Made by a program: the position numbers and the translations under genes. This document shows, piece after piece, positions 52,701-64,000 of a DNA stretch of 64,000 nucleotides. The notes beneath the pieces were generated by a model. It saw nothing but the letters and a program-made list of their open reading frames with translations. It made no database searches and was not told the DNA's origin. The number at the start of each line of letters is the position of its first letter. The first letter of the stretch is position 1. Source of the stretch: Auanema rhodensis. Lineage: Eukaryota; Animalia; Nematoda. The stretch is taken from assembly GCA_964057225.1 (NCBI GenBank), contig OZ059898.1, forward strand, positions 20,088,001-20,152,000, in the 5' to 3' direction.

Positions 52701-55700
52701 TGAAAAATGATGCATTAGTGTTTTTTGAGTTTCCATGTACACTCAACATTGCTTCCAAAAACATTTTGACAAAAATTTTTTCGAAAAATTTCAAAATAAT
52801 TTCGCAAAAAGTAGATGTTTTTAGATTTTTTTTTTCAAGGCAAAGACGATGGACAATGTTATTCAACGAAAAAATTAATTCTTCAGGGTGAAAATCGAGG
52901 ATATAAGTGTGAGCTTATATCAGTTGATATCTCGGTCCATTTTCAAGCTGGCGCAAATCTAATAACACAGATCGACGCAGCTTAAAATTCCGCAGCGAAT
53001 GCACTATACTACATTGAGAAATGCTTGATATAAAAATTAGTTATGATCGTTTGAAAAATGATGCATTAGTGTATTTTGAGTTTCCATGTACACTCAACAT
53101 TGCTTCCAAAAACATTTTGACAAAAATTTTTTCGAAAAATTTCAAAATAATTTCGCAAAAAGTAAATGTTTTTAGATTCTTTTTTTTAAGGCAAAAACGA
53201 TGGACAATGTTATTCAATGAAAAAATTAATTCTTCAGGGTGAAAATCGAGGATATAAGTGTGAGCTTATATCAGTTGATATCTCGGTGCATTTTTAAGCT
53301 AGCGCAAATCTGATAACACAGATCGACGCAGCTTAAAAATCCGCATCGAATGCACTATATTACATTGAGAAACGCTTGATATAAAAATTAGTTATGATCG
53401 TTTGAAAAATGATGCATTAGTGTTTTTTGAGTTTCCATGTACACTCAACATTGCTTCCAAAAACATTTTGACAAAAATTTTTTCGAAAAATTTCAAAATA
53501 ATTTCGCAAAAAGTAGATGTTTTTAGATTTTTTTTTTCAAGGCAAAGACGATGGACAATGTTATTCAACGAAAAAATTAGTTCTTCAGGGTGAAAATCGA
53601 GGATATAAGTGTGAGCTTATATCAGTTGATATCTCGGTCCATTTTCAAGCTGGCGCAAATCTAATAACACAGATCGACGCAGCTTAAAATTCCGCATCGA
53701 ATGCACTATACTACATTGAGAAATGCTTGATATAAAAATTAGTTATGATCGTTTGAAAAATGATGCATTAGTGTATTTTGAGTTTCCATGTACACTCAAC
53801 ATTGCTTCCAAAAACATTTTGACAAAAATTTTTCCGAAAAATTTCAAAATAATTTCGCAAAAAGTAGATGTTTTTAGATTTTTTTTTTCAAGGCAAAGAC
53901 GATGGACAATGTTATTCAACGAAAAATTTAATTCTTCAGGGTGAAAATCGAGGATATAAGTGTGAACTTATATCAGTTGATATCTCGATGCATTTTTAAG
54001 CTAGCGCAAATCTGATAACACAGATCGACGCAGCTTAAAAATCCGCATCGAATGTACTATACTACATTGAGAAACGCTTAATACAAAAATTTGTTATGAT
54101 CGTTTGGAAAATGATGCATTAGTGTATTTTGAGTTTCCATGTACACTCAACATTGCTTCCAAAAACATTTTGACAAAAATTTTTTCGAAAAATTTCAAAA
54201 TAATTTCGCAAAAAGTAAATGTTTATAGATTTCTTTTTTCAAGGCAAAGACGATGGACGATGTTATTCAACGAAAAAATTAATTCTTCAGGGTGAAAATC
54301 GAGGATATAAGTGTGAACTTATATCAGTTGATATCTCGGTGCATTTTTACGCTAGCGCAAATCTGATAACGCAGATCGACGCAGCTTAAAAATCCGCATC
54401 GAATGCACTATACTACATTGAGAAACGCTTAATACAAAAATTTGTTATGATCGTTTGGAAAATGATGCATTAGTGTATGTTGAGTTTCCATGTACACTCA
54501 ACATTGCTTCCAAAAACATTTTGACAAAAATTTTTTCGAAAAATTTCAAAATAATTTCGCAAAAAGTAGATGTTTTTAAATTTCTTTTTTCAAGGCAAAG
54601 ACGATGGACAATGTTATTCAACGAAAAAATTAATTCTTCAGGGTGAAAATCGAGGATATAAGTGTGAACTTATATCAGTTGATATCTCGGTGCATTTTTA
54701 CGCTAGCGCAAATCTGATAACACAGATCGACGCAGCTTAAAAATCCGCATCGAATGCACTATACTACATTGAGAAACGCTTAATACAAAAATTTGTTATG
54801 ATCGTTTGGAAAATGATGCATTAGTGTATGTTGAGTTTCCATGTACACTCAACATTGCTTCCAAAAACATTTTGACAAAAATTTTTTCGAAAAATTTCAA
54901 AATAATTTCGCAAAAAGTAGATGTTTTTAAATTTCTTTTTTCAAGGCAAAGACGATGGACAATGTTATTCAACGAAAAAATTAATTCTTCAGGGTGAAAA
55001 TCGAGGATATAAGTGTGAACTTATATCAGTTGATATCTCGGTGCATTTTTAAGCTAGCGCAAATCTGATAACACAGATCGACGCAGCTTAAAAATCCGCA
55101 TCGAATGCACTATACTACATTGAGAAACGCTTGATACAAAAATTAGTTATGATCGTTTGGAAAGTGATGCATTAGTGTATTTTGAGTTTCCATGTACACT
55201 CAACATTGCTTCCAAAAACATTTTGACAAAAATTTTTTCGAAAAATTTCAAAATAATTTCGCAAAAAGTAGATGTTTTTAGATTCTTTTTTTTAAGGCAA
55301 AAACGATGGACAATGTTATTCAACGAAAAAATTAATTCTTCAGGGTGAAAATCGAGGATATAAGTGTGAGCTTATATCAGTTGATATCTCGGTGCATTTT
55401 TAAGCTAGCGCAAATCTGATAACACAGATCGACGCAGCTCAAAAATCCGCATCGAATGCACTATACTACATTGAGAAAAGCTTAATACAAAAATTTGTTA
55501 TGATCGTTTGGAAAATGATGCATTAGTGTATGTTGAGTTTCCATGTACACTCAACATTGCTTCCAAAAACATTTTGACAAAAATTTTTTCGAAAAATTTC
55601 AAAATAATTTCGCAAAAAGTAGATGTTTTTAAATTTCTTTTTTCAAGGCAAAGACGATGGACAATGTTATTCAACGAAAAAATTAATTCTTCAGGGTGAA

Positions 55701-58700
55701 AATCGAGGATATAAGTGTGAACTTATATCAGTTGATATCTCGGTGCATTTTTAAGCTAGCGCAAATCTGATAACACAGATCGACGCAGCTTAAAAATCCG
55801 CATCGAATGCACTATACTACATTGAGAAACGCTTGATACAAAAATTAGTTATGATCGTTTGGAAAATGATGCATTAGTGTATTTTGAGTTTCCATGTACA
55901 CTCAACATTGCTTCCAAAAACATTTTGACAAAAATTTTTTCGAAAAATTTCAAAATAATTTCGCAAAAAGTAAATGTTTTTAGATTCTTTTTTTTAAGGC
56001 AAAAACGATGGACAATGTTATTCAATGAAAAAATTAATTCTTCAGGGTGAAAATCGAGGATATAAGTGTGAGCTTATATCAGTTGATATCTCGGTGCATT
56101 TTTAAGCTAGCGCAAATCTGATAACACAGATCGACGCAGCTTAAAAATCCGCATCGAATGCACTATATTACATTGAGAAACGCTTGATATAAAAATTAGT
56201 TATGATCGTTTGAAAAATGATGCATTAGTGTTTTTTGAGTTTCCATGTACACTCAACATTGCTTCCAAAAACATTTTGACAAAAATTTTTTCGAAAAATT
56301 TCAAAATAATTTCGCAAAAAGTAGATGTTTTTAGATTTTTTTTTTCAAGGCAAAGACGATGGACAATGTTATTCAACGAAAAAATTAATTCTTCAGGGTG
56401 AAAATCGAGGATATAAGTGTGAGCTTATATCAGTTGATATCTCGGTCCATTTTCAAGCTGGCGCAAATCTAATAACACAGATCGACGCAGCTTAAAATTC
56501 CGCAGCGAATGCACTATACTACATTGAGAAATGCTTGATATAAAAATTAGTTATGATCGTTTGAAAAATGATGCATTAGTGTATTTTGAGTTTCCATGTA
56601 CACTCAACATTGCTTCCAAAAACATTTTGACAAAAATTTTTTCGAAAAATTTCAAAATAATTTCGCAAAAAGTAAATGTTTTTAGATTCTTTTTTTTAAG
56701 GCAAAAACGATGGACAATGTTATTCAATGAAAAAATTAATTCTTCAGGGTGAAAATCGAGGATATAAGTGTGAGCTTATATCAGTTGATATCTCGGTGAA
56801 TTTTTAAGCTAGCGCAAATCTGATAACACAGATCGACGCAGCTTAAAAATCCGCATCGAATGCACTATATTACATTGAGAAACGCTTGATATAAAAATTA
56901 GTTATGATCGTTTGAAAAATGATGCATTAGTGTTTTTTGAGTTTCCATGTACACTCAACATTGCTTCCAAAAACATTTTGACAAAAATTTTTTCGAAAAA
57001 TTTCAAAATAATTTCGCAAAAAGTAGATGTTTTTAGATTTTTTTTTTCAAGGCAAAGACGATGGACAATGTTATTCAACGAAAAAATTAGTTCTTCAGGG
57101 TGAAAATCGAGGATATAAGTGTGAGCTTATATCAGTTGATATCTCGGTCCATTTTCAAGCTGGCGCAAATCTAATAACACAGATCGACGCAGCTTAAAAT
57201 TCCGCATCGAATGCACTATACTACATTGAGAAACGCTTGATATAAAAATTAGTTATGATCGTTTGAAAAATTATGCATTAGTGTTTTTTGAGTTTCCATG
57301 TACACTCAACATTGCTTCCAAAAACATTTTGACAAAAATTTTTTCGAAAAATTTCAAAATAATTTCGCAAAAAGTAGATGTTTTTAGATTTTTTTTTTCA
57401 AGGCAAAGACGATGGACAATGTTATTCAACGAAAAAATTAGTTCTTCAGGGTGAAAATCGAGGATATAAGTGTGAGCTTATATCAGTTGATATCTCGGTC
57501 CATTTTCAAGCTGGCGCAAATCTGATAACACAGATCGACGCAGCTTAAAAATCCGCATCGAATGCACTATACTACATTGAGAAACGCTTGATATAAAAAT
57601 TAGTTATGATCGTTTGAAAAATGATGCATTAGTGTTTTTTGAGTTTCCATGTACACTCAACATTGCTTCCAAAAACATTTTGACAAAAATTTTTTCGAAA
57701 AATTTCAAAATAATTTCGCAAAAAGTAGATGTTTTTAGATTTTTTTTTCAAGGCAAAGACGATGGACAATGTTATTCAACGAAAAAATTAATTCTTCAGG
57801 GTGAAAATCGAGGATATAAGTGTGAACTTATATCAGTTGATATCTCGGTGCATTTTTAAGCTAGCGCAAATCTGATAACACAGATCGACGCAGCTTAAAA
57901 ATCCGCATCGAATGCACTATACTACATTGAGAAACGCTTGATATAAAAATTAGTTATGATCGTTTGAAAAATGATGCTTTAGTGTTTTTTGAGTTTCCAT
58001 GTACACTCAACATTGCTTCCAAAAACATTTTGACAAAAATTTTTTCGAAAAATTTCAGAATAATTTCGCAAAAAGTAGATGTTTTTAGATTTTTTTTTTC
58101 AAGGCAAAGACGATGGACAATGTTATTCAACGAAAAAATTAGTTCTTCAGGGTGAAAATCGAGGATATAAGTGTGAGCTTATATCAGTTGATATCTCGGT
58201 CCATTTTCAAGCTGGCGCAAATCTAATAACACAGATCGACGCAGCTTAAAATTCCGCATCGAATGCACTATACTACATTGAGAAACGCTTGATATAAAAA
58301 TTAGTTATGATCGTTTGAAAAATGATGCATTAGTGTTTTTTGAGTTTCCATGTACACTCAACATTGCTTCCAAAAACATTTTGACAAAAATTTTTTCGAA
58401 AAATTTCAAAATAATTTCGCAAAAAGTAGATGTTTTTAGATTTTTTTTTTCAAGGCAAAGACGATGGACAATGTTATTCAACGAAAAAATTAATTCTTCA
58501 GGGTGAAAATCGAGGATATAAGTGTGAACTTATATCAGTTGATATCTCGGTGCATTTTTAAGCTAGCGCAAATCTGATAACACAGATCGACGCAGCTTAA
58601 AAATCCGCATCGAATGCACTATACTACATTGAGAAACGCTTGATATAAAAATTAGTTATGATCGTTTGAAAAATGATGCATTAGTGTATGTTGAGTTTCC

Positions 58701-61700
58701 ATGTACACTCAACATTGCTTCCAAAAACATTTTGACAAAAATTTTTCCGAAAAATTTCAAAATAATTTCGCAAAAAGTAGATGTTTTTAGATTTTTTTTT
58801 TCAAGGCAAAGACGATGGACAATGTTATTCAACGAAAAAATTAGTTCTTCAGGGTGAAAATCGAGGATATAAGTGTGAGCTTATATCAGTTGATATCTCG
58901 GTCCATTTTCAAGCTGGCGCAAATCTAATAACACAGATCGACGCAGCTTAAAATTCCGCATCGAATGCACTATACTACATTGAGAAACGCTTGATATAAA
59001 AATTAGTTATGATCGTTTGAAAAATGATGCATTAGTGTTTTTTGAGTTTCCATGTACACTCAACATTGCTTCCAAAAACATTTTGACAAAAATTTTTTCG
59101 AAAAATTTCAAAATAATTTCGCAAAAAGTAGATGTTTTTAGATTTTTTTTTTCAAGGCAAAGACGATGGACAATGTTATTCAACGAAAAAATTAATTCTT
59201 CAGGGTGAAAATCGAGGATATAAGTGTGAACTTATATCAGTTGATATCTCGGTGCATTTTTAAGCTAGCGCAAATCTAATAACACAGATCGACGCAGCTT
59301 AAAAATCCGCATCGAATGCACTATACTACATTGAGAAAAGCTTAATACAAAAATTAGTTATGATCGTTTGAAAAATGATGCATTAGTGTATTTTGAGTTT
59401 CCATGTACTTTCAGCATTGCTTCCAAAAACATTTTGACAAAAATTTTTTCGAAAAATTTCAAAATAATTTCGCAAAAAGTAAATGTTTTTAGATTCTTTT
59501 TTTTAAGGCAAAAACGATGGACAATGTTATTCAACAAAAAAATTAATTCTTCAGGGTGAAAATCGAGGATATAAGTGTGAGCTTATATCAGTTGATATCT
59601 CGGTGCATTTTTAAGCTAGCGCAAATCTGATAACACAGATCGACGCAGCTTAAAAATCCGCATCGAATGCACTATACTACATTGAGAAACGCTTGATATA
59701 AAAATTAGTTATGATCGTTTGAAAAATGATGCTTTAGTGTTTTTTGAGTTTCCATGTACACTCAACATTGCTTCCAAAAACATTTTGACAAAAATTTTTT
59801 CGAAAAATTTCAAAATAATTTCGCAAAAAGTAGATGTTTTCAGATTTTTTTTTTCAAGGCAAAGACGATGGACAATGTTATTCAACGAAAAAATTAATTC
59901 TTCAGGGTGAAAATCGAGGATATAAGTGTGAGCTTATATCAGTTGATATCTCGGTCCATTTTCAAGCTGGCGCAAATCTGATAACACAGATCGACGCAGC
60001 TTAAAAATCCGCATCGAATGCACTATACTACATTGAGAAACGCTTGATATAAAAATTAGTTATGATCGTTTGAAAAATGATGCATTAGTGTTTTTTGAGT
60101 TTCCATGTACACTCAACATTGCTTCCAAAAACATTTTGACAAAAATTTTTTCGAAAAATTTCAAAATAATTTCGCAAAAAGTAGATGTTTTTAGATTTTT
60201 TTTTCAAGGCAAAGACGATGGACAATGTTATTCAACGAAAAAATTAATTCTTCAGGGTGAAAATCGAGGATATAAGTGTGAACTTATATCAGTTGATATC
60301 TCGGTGCATTTTTAAGCTAGCGCAAATCTGATAACACAGATCGACGCAGCTTAAAAATCCGCATCGAATGCACTATACTACATTGAGAAACGCTTGATAT
60401 AAAAATTAGTTATGATCGTTTGAAAAATGATGCTTTAGTGTTTTTTGAGTTTCCATGTACACTCAACATTGCTTCCAAAAACATTTTGACAAAAATTTTT
60501 TCGAAAAATTTCAGAATAATTTCGCAAAAAGTAGATGTTTTTAGATTTTTTTTTTCAAGGCAAAGACGATGGACAATGTTATTCAACGAAAAAATTAGTT
60601 CTTCAGGGTGAAAATCGAGGATATAAGTGTGAGCTTATATCAGTTGATATCTCGGTCCATTTTCAAGCTGGCGCAAATCTAATAACACAGATCGACGCAG
60701 CTTAAAATTCCGCATCGAATGCACTATACTACATTGAGAAAAGCTTAATACAAAAATTAGTTATGATCGTTTGAAAAATGATGCATTAGTGTATTTTGAG
60801 TTTCCATGTACTTTCAGCATTGCTTCCAAAAACATTTTGACAAAAATTTTTTCGAAAAATTTCAAAATAATTTCGCAAAAAGTAAATGTTTTTAGATTCT
60901 TTTTTTTAAGGCAAAAACGATGGACAATGTTATTCAACAAAAAAATTAATTCTTCAGGGTGAAAATCGAGGATATAAGTGTGAGCTTATATCAGTTGATA
61001 TCTCGGTGCATTTTTAAGCTAGCGCAAATCTGATAACACAGATCGACGCAGCTTAAAAATCCGCATCGAATGCACTATACTACATTGAGAAACGCTTGAT
61101 ATAAAAATTAGTTATGATCGTTTGAAAAATGATGCTTTAGTGTTTTTTGAGTTTCCATGTACACTCAACATTGCTTCCAAAAACATTTTGACAAAAATTT
61201 TTTCGAAAAATTTCAAAATAATTTCGCAAAAAGTAGATGTTTTTAGATTTTTTTTTTCAAGGCAAAGACGATGGACAATGTTATTCAACGAAAAAATTAA
61301 TTCTTCAGGGTGAAAATCGAGGATATAAGTGTGAGCTTATATCAGTTGATATCTCGGTCCATTTTCAAGCTGGCGCAAATCTAATAACACAGATCGACGC
61401 AGCTTAAAATTCCGCATCGAATGCACTATACTACATTGAGAAACGCTTGATATAAAAATTAGTTATGATCGTTTGAAAAATTATGCATTAGTGTTTTTTG
61501 AGTTTCCATGTACACTCAACATTGCTTCCAAAAACATTTTGACAAAAATTTTTTCGAAAAATTTCAAAATAATTTCGCAAAAAGTAGATGTTTTTAGATT
61601 TTTTTTTTCAAGGCAAAGACGATGGACAATGTTATTCAACGAAAAAATTAATTCTTCAGGGTGAAAATCGAGGATATAAGTGTGAACTTATATCAGTTGA

Positions 61701-64000
61701 TATCTCGGTGCATTTTTAAGCTAGCGCAAATCTGATAACACAGATCGACGCAGCTTAAAAATCCGCATCGAATGCACTATACTACATTGAGAAACGCTTG
61801 ATATAAAAATTAGTTATGATCGTTTGAAAAATGATGCTTTAGTGTTTTTTGAGTTTCCATGTACACTCAACATTGCTTCCAAAAACATTTTGACAAAAAT
61901 TTTTTCGAAAAATTTCAGAATAATTTCGCAAAAAGTAGATGTTTTTAGATTTTTTTTTTCAAGGCAAAGACGATGGACAATGTTATTCAACGAAAAAACT
62001 AGTTCTTCAGGGTGAAAATCGAGGATATAAGTGTGAGCTTATATCAGTTGATATCTCGGTCCATTTTCAAGCTGGCGCAAATCTAATAACACAGATCGAC
62101 GCAGCTTAAAATTCCGCATCGAATGCACTATACTACATTGAGAAACGCTTGATATAAAAATTAGTTATGATCGTTTGAAAAATGATGCATTAGTGTTTTT
62201 TGAGTTTCCATGTACACTCAACATTGCTTCCAAAAACATTTTGACAAAAATTTTTTCGAAAAATTTCAAAATAATTTCGCAAAAAGTAGATGTTTTTAGA
62301 TTTTTTTTTTCAAGGCAAAGACGATGGACAATGTTATTCAACGAAAAAATTAATTCTTCAGGGTGAAAATCGAGGATATAAGTGTGAACTTATATCAGTT
62401 GATATCTCGGTGCATTTTTAAGCTAGCGCAAATCTGATAACACAGATCGACGCAGCTTAAAAATCCGCATCGAATGCACTATACTACATTGAGAAACGCT
62501 TGATATAAAAATTAGTTATGATCGTTTGAAAAATGATGCTTTAGTGTTTTTTGAGTTTCCATGTACACTCAACATTGCTTCCAAAAACATTTTGACAAAA
62601 ATTTTTTCGAAAAATTTCAGAATAATTTCGCAAAAAGTAGATGTTTTTAGATTTTTTTTTTCAAGGCAAAGACGATGGACAATGTTATTCAACGAAAAAA
62701 TTAGTTCTTCAGGGTGAAAATCGAGGATATAAGTGTGAGCTTATATCAGTTGATATCTCGGTCCATTTTCAAGCTGGCGCAAATCTAATAACACAGATCG
62801 ACGCAGCTTAAAATTCCGCATCGAATGCACTATACTACATTGAGAAACGCTTGATATAAAAATTAGTTATGATCGTTTGAAAAATGATGCATTAGTGTTT
62901 TTTGAGTTTCCATGTACACTCAACATTGCTTCCAAAAACATTTTGACAAAAATTTTTTCGAAAAATTTCAAAATAATTTCGCAAAAAGTAGATGTTTTTA
63001 GATTTTTTTTTTCAAGGCAAAGACGATGGACAATGTTATTCAACGAAAAAATTAATTCTTCAGGGTGAAAATCGAGGATATAAGTGTGAACTTATATCAG
63101 TTGATATCTCGGTGCATTTTTAAGCTAGCGCAAATCTAATAACACAGATCGACGCAGCTTAAAAATCCGCATCGAATGCACTATACTACATTGAGAAAAG
63201 CTTAATACAAAAATTAGTTATGATCGTTTGAAAAATGATGCATTAGTGTATTTTGAGTTTCCATGTACTTTCAGCATTGCTTCCAAAAACATTTTGACAA
63301 AAATTTTTTCGAAAAATTTCAAAATAATTTCGCAAAAAGTAAATGTTTTTAGATTCTTTTTTTTAAGGCAAAAACGATGGACAATGTTATTCAACAAAAA
63401 AATTAATTCTTCAGGGTGAAAATCGAGGATATAAGTGTGAGCTTATATCAGTTGATATCTCGGTGCATTTTTAAGCTAGCGCAAATCTGATAACACAGAT
63501 CGACGCAGCTTAAAAATCCGCATCGAATGCACTATACTACATTGAGAAACGCTTGATATAAAAATTAGTTATGATCGTTTGAAAAATGATGCTTTAGTGT
63601 TTTTTGAGTTTCCATGTACACTCAACATTGCTTCCAAAAACATTTTGACAAAAATTTTTTCAAAAAATTTCAAAATAATTTCGCAAAAAGTAGATGTTTT
63701 TAGATTTTTTTTTTCAAGGCAAAGACGATGGACAATGTTATTCAACGAAAAAATTAATTCTTCAGGGTGAAAATCGAGGATATAAGTGTGAACTTATATC
63801 AGTTGATATCTCGGTGCATTTTTAAGCTAGCGCAAATCTAATAACACAGATCGACGCAGCTTAAAAATCCGCATCGAATGCACTATACTACATTGAGAAA
63901 AGCTTAATACAAAAATTAGTTATGATCGTTTGAAAAATGATGCTTTAGTGTTTTTTGAGTTTCCATGTACACTCAACATTGCTTCCAAAAACATTTTGAC

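Larger units (their letters stand above)
1..64000. repeat. Satellite DNA: tandem array of a 351-bp AT-rich monomer (~182 copies, all head-to-tail), running off both window edges
   Basis: The same unit recurs every 351 bp (ORF-track starts 27, 378, ... 63579 are spaced 351 bp, or 350 where a T-run is 1 nt shorter). Copies differ by only a few substitutions. No unique spacer sequence is present. Monomer 1-351 has 110 G+C (~31%). Confidence 0.99.

Noticed and set aside
27-63770. Repeated 63-aa ORF (M[EK]NDALV...INSSG) as a tandem multigene family
   Set aside because: It starts at TTG, is low-complexity F/K/I/N-rich as expected from A/T tracts, and has no recognisable domain. Many monomers carry stops (TGA, TAG, TAA), frameshifts or start loss, and these are amplified like any other variant. 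Common variants are mostly amino-acid changing.
1-64000. CRISPR array or other repeat-spacer system
   Set aside because: There are palindromic segments but no unique spacers; the entire 351-bp unit repeats and no cas or other genes are present.

Overview
The whole 64-kb window is one uninterrupted, head-to-tail tandem array of a 351-bp AT-rich monomer: about 182 copies, ~31% GC counted on monomer 1-351. This is satellite DNA, probably heterochromatic or (peri)centromeric in a eukaryote. I cannot assign a species or a named family. No credible protein-coding gene, RNA gene, transposase or CRISPR array is visible; the repeated 63-aa TTG-started ORF is a by-product of the repeat. The informative signal is in the array's internal structure. 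(i) The monomer is dense in dyad symmetries: a 67-nt imperfect hairpin, a 9-bp stem with a GTGA loop, and further palindromes. (ii) One complex rearranged locus carries a net 56-bp deletion that removes most of the big hairpin and leaves a templated junction. About 400 bp downstream is a 78-bp forward-inverted-forward micro-triplication that creates a 91-bp near-perfect palindrome. (iii) This locus occurs twice, 5630 bp apart, explained by a ~13-monomer duplication plus a later nested 3-monomer duplication. (iv) There is a mosaic of local variant haplotypes, short 2-/3-mer higher-order repeats and larger block duplications. I see no evidence for a novel gene-encoded system; the findings concern satellite structure and evolution.
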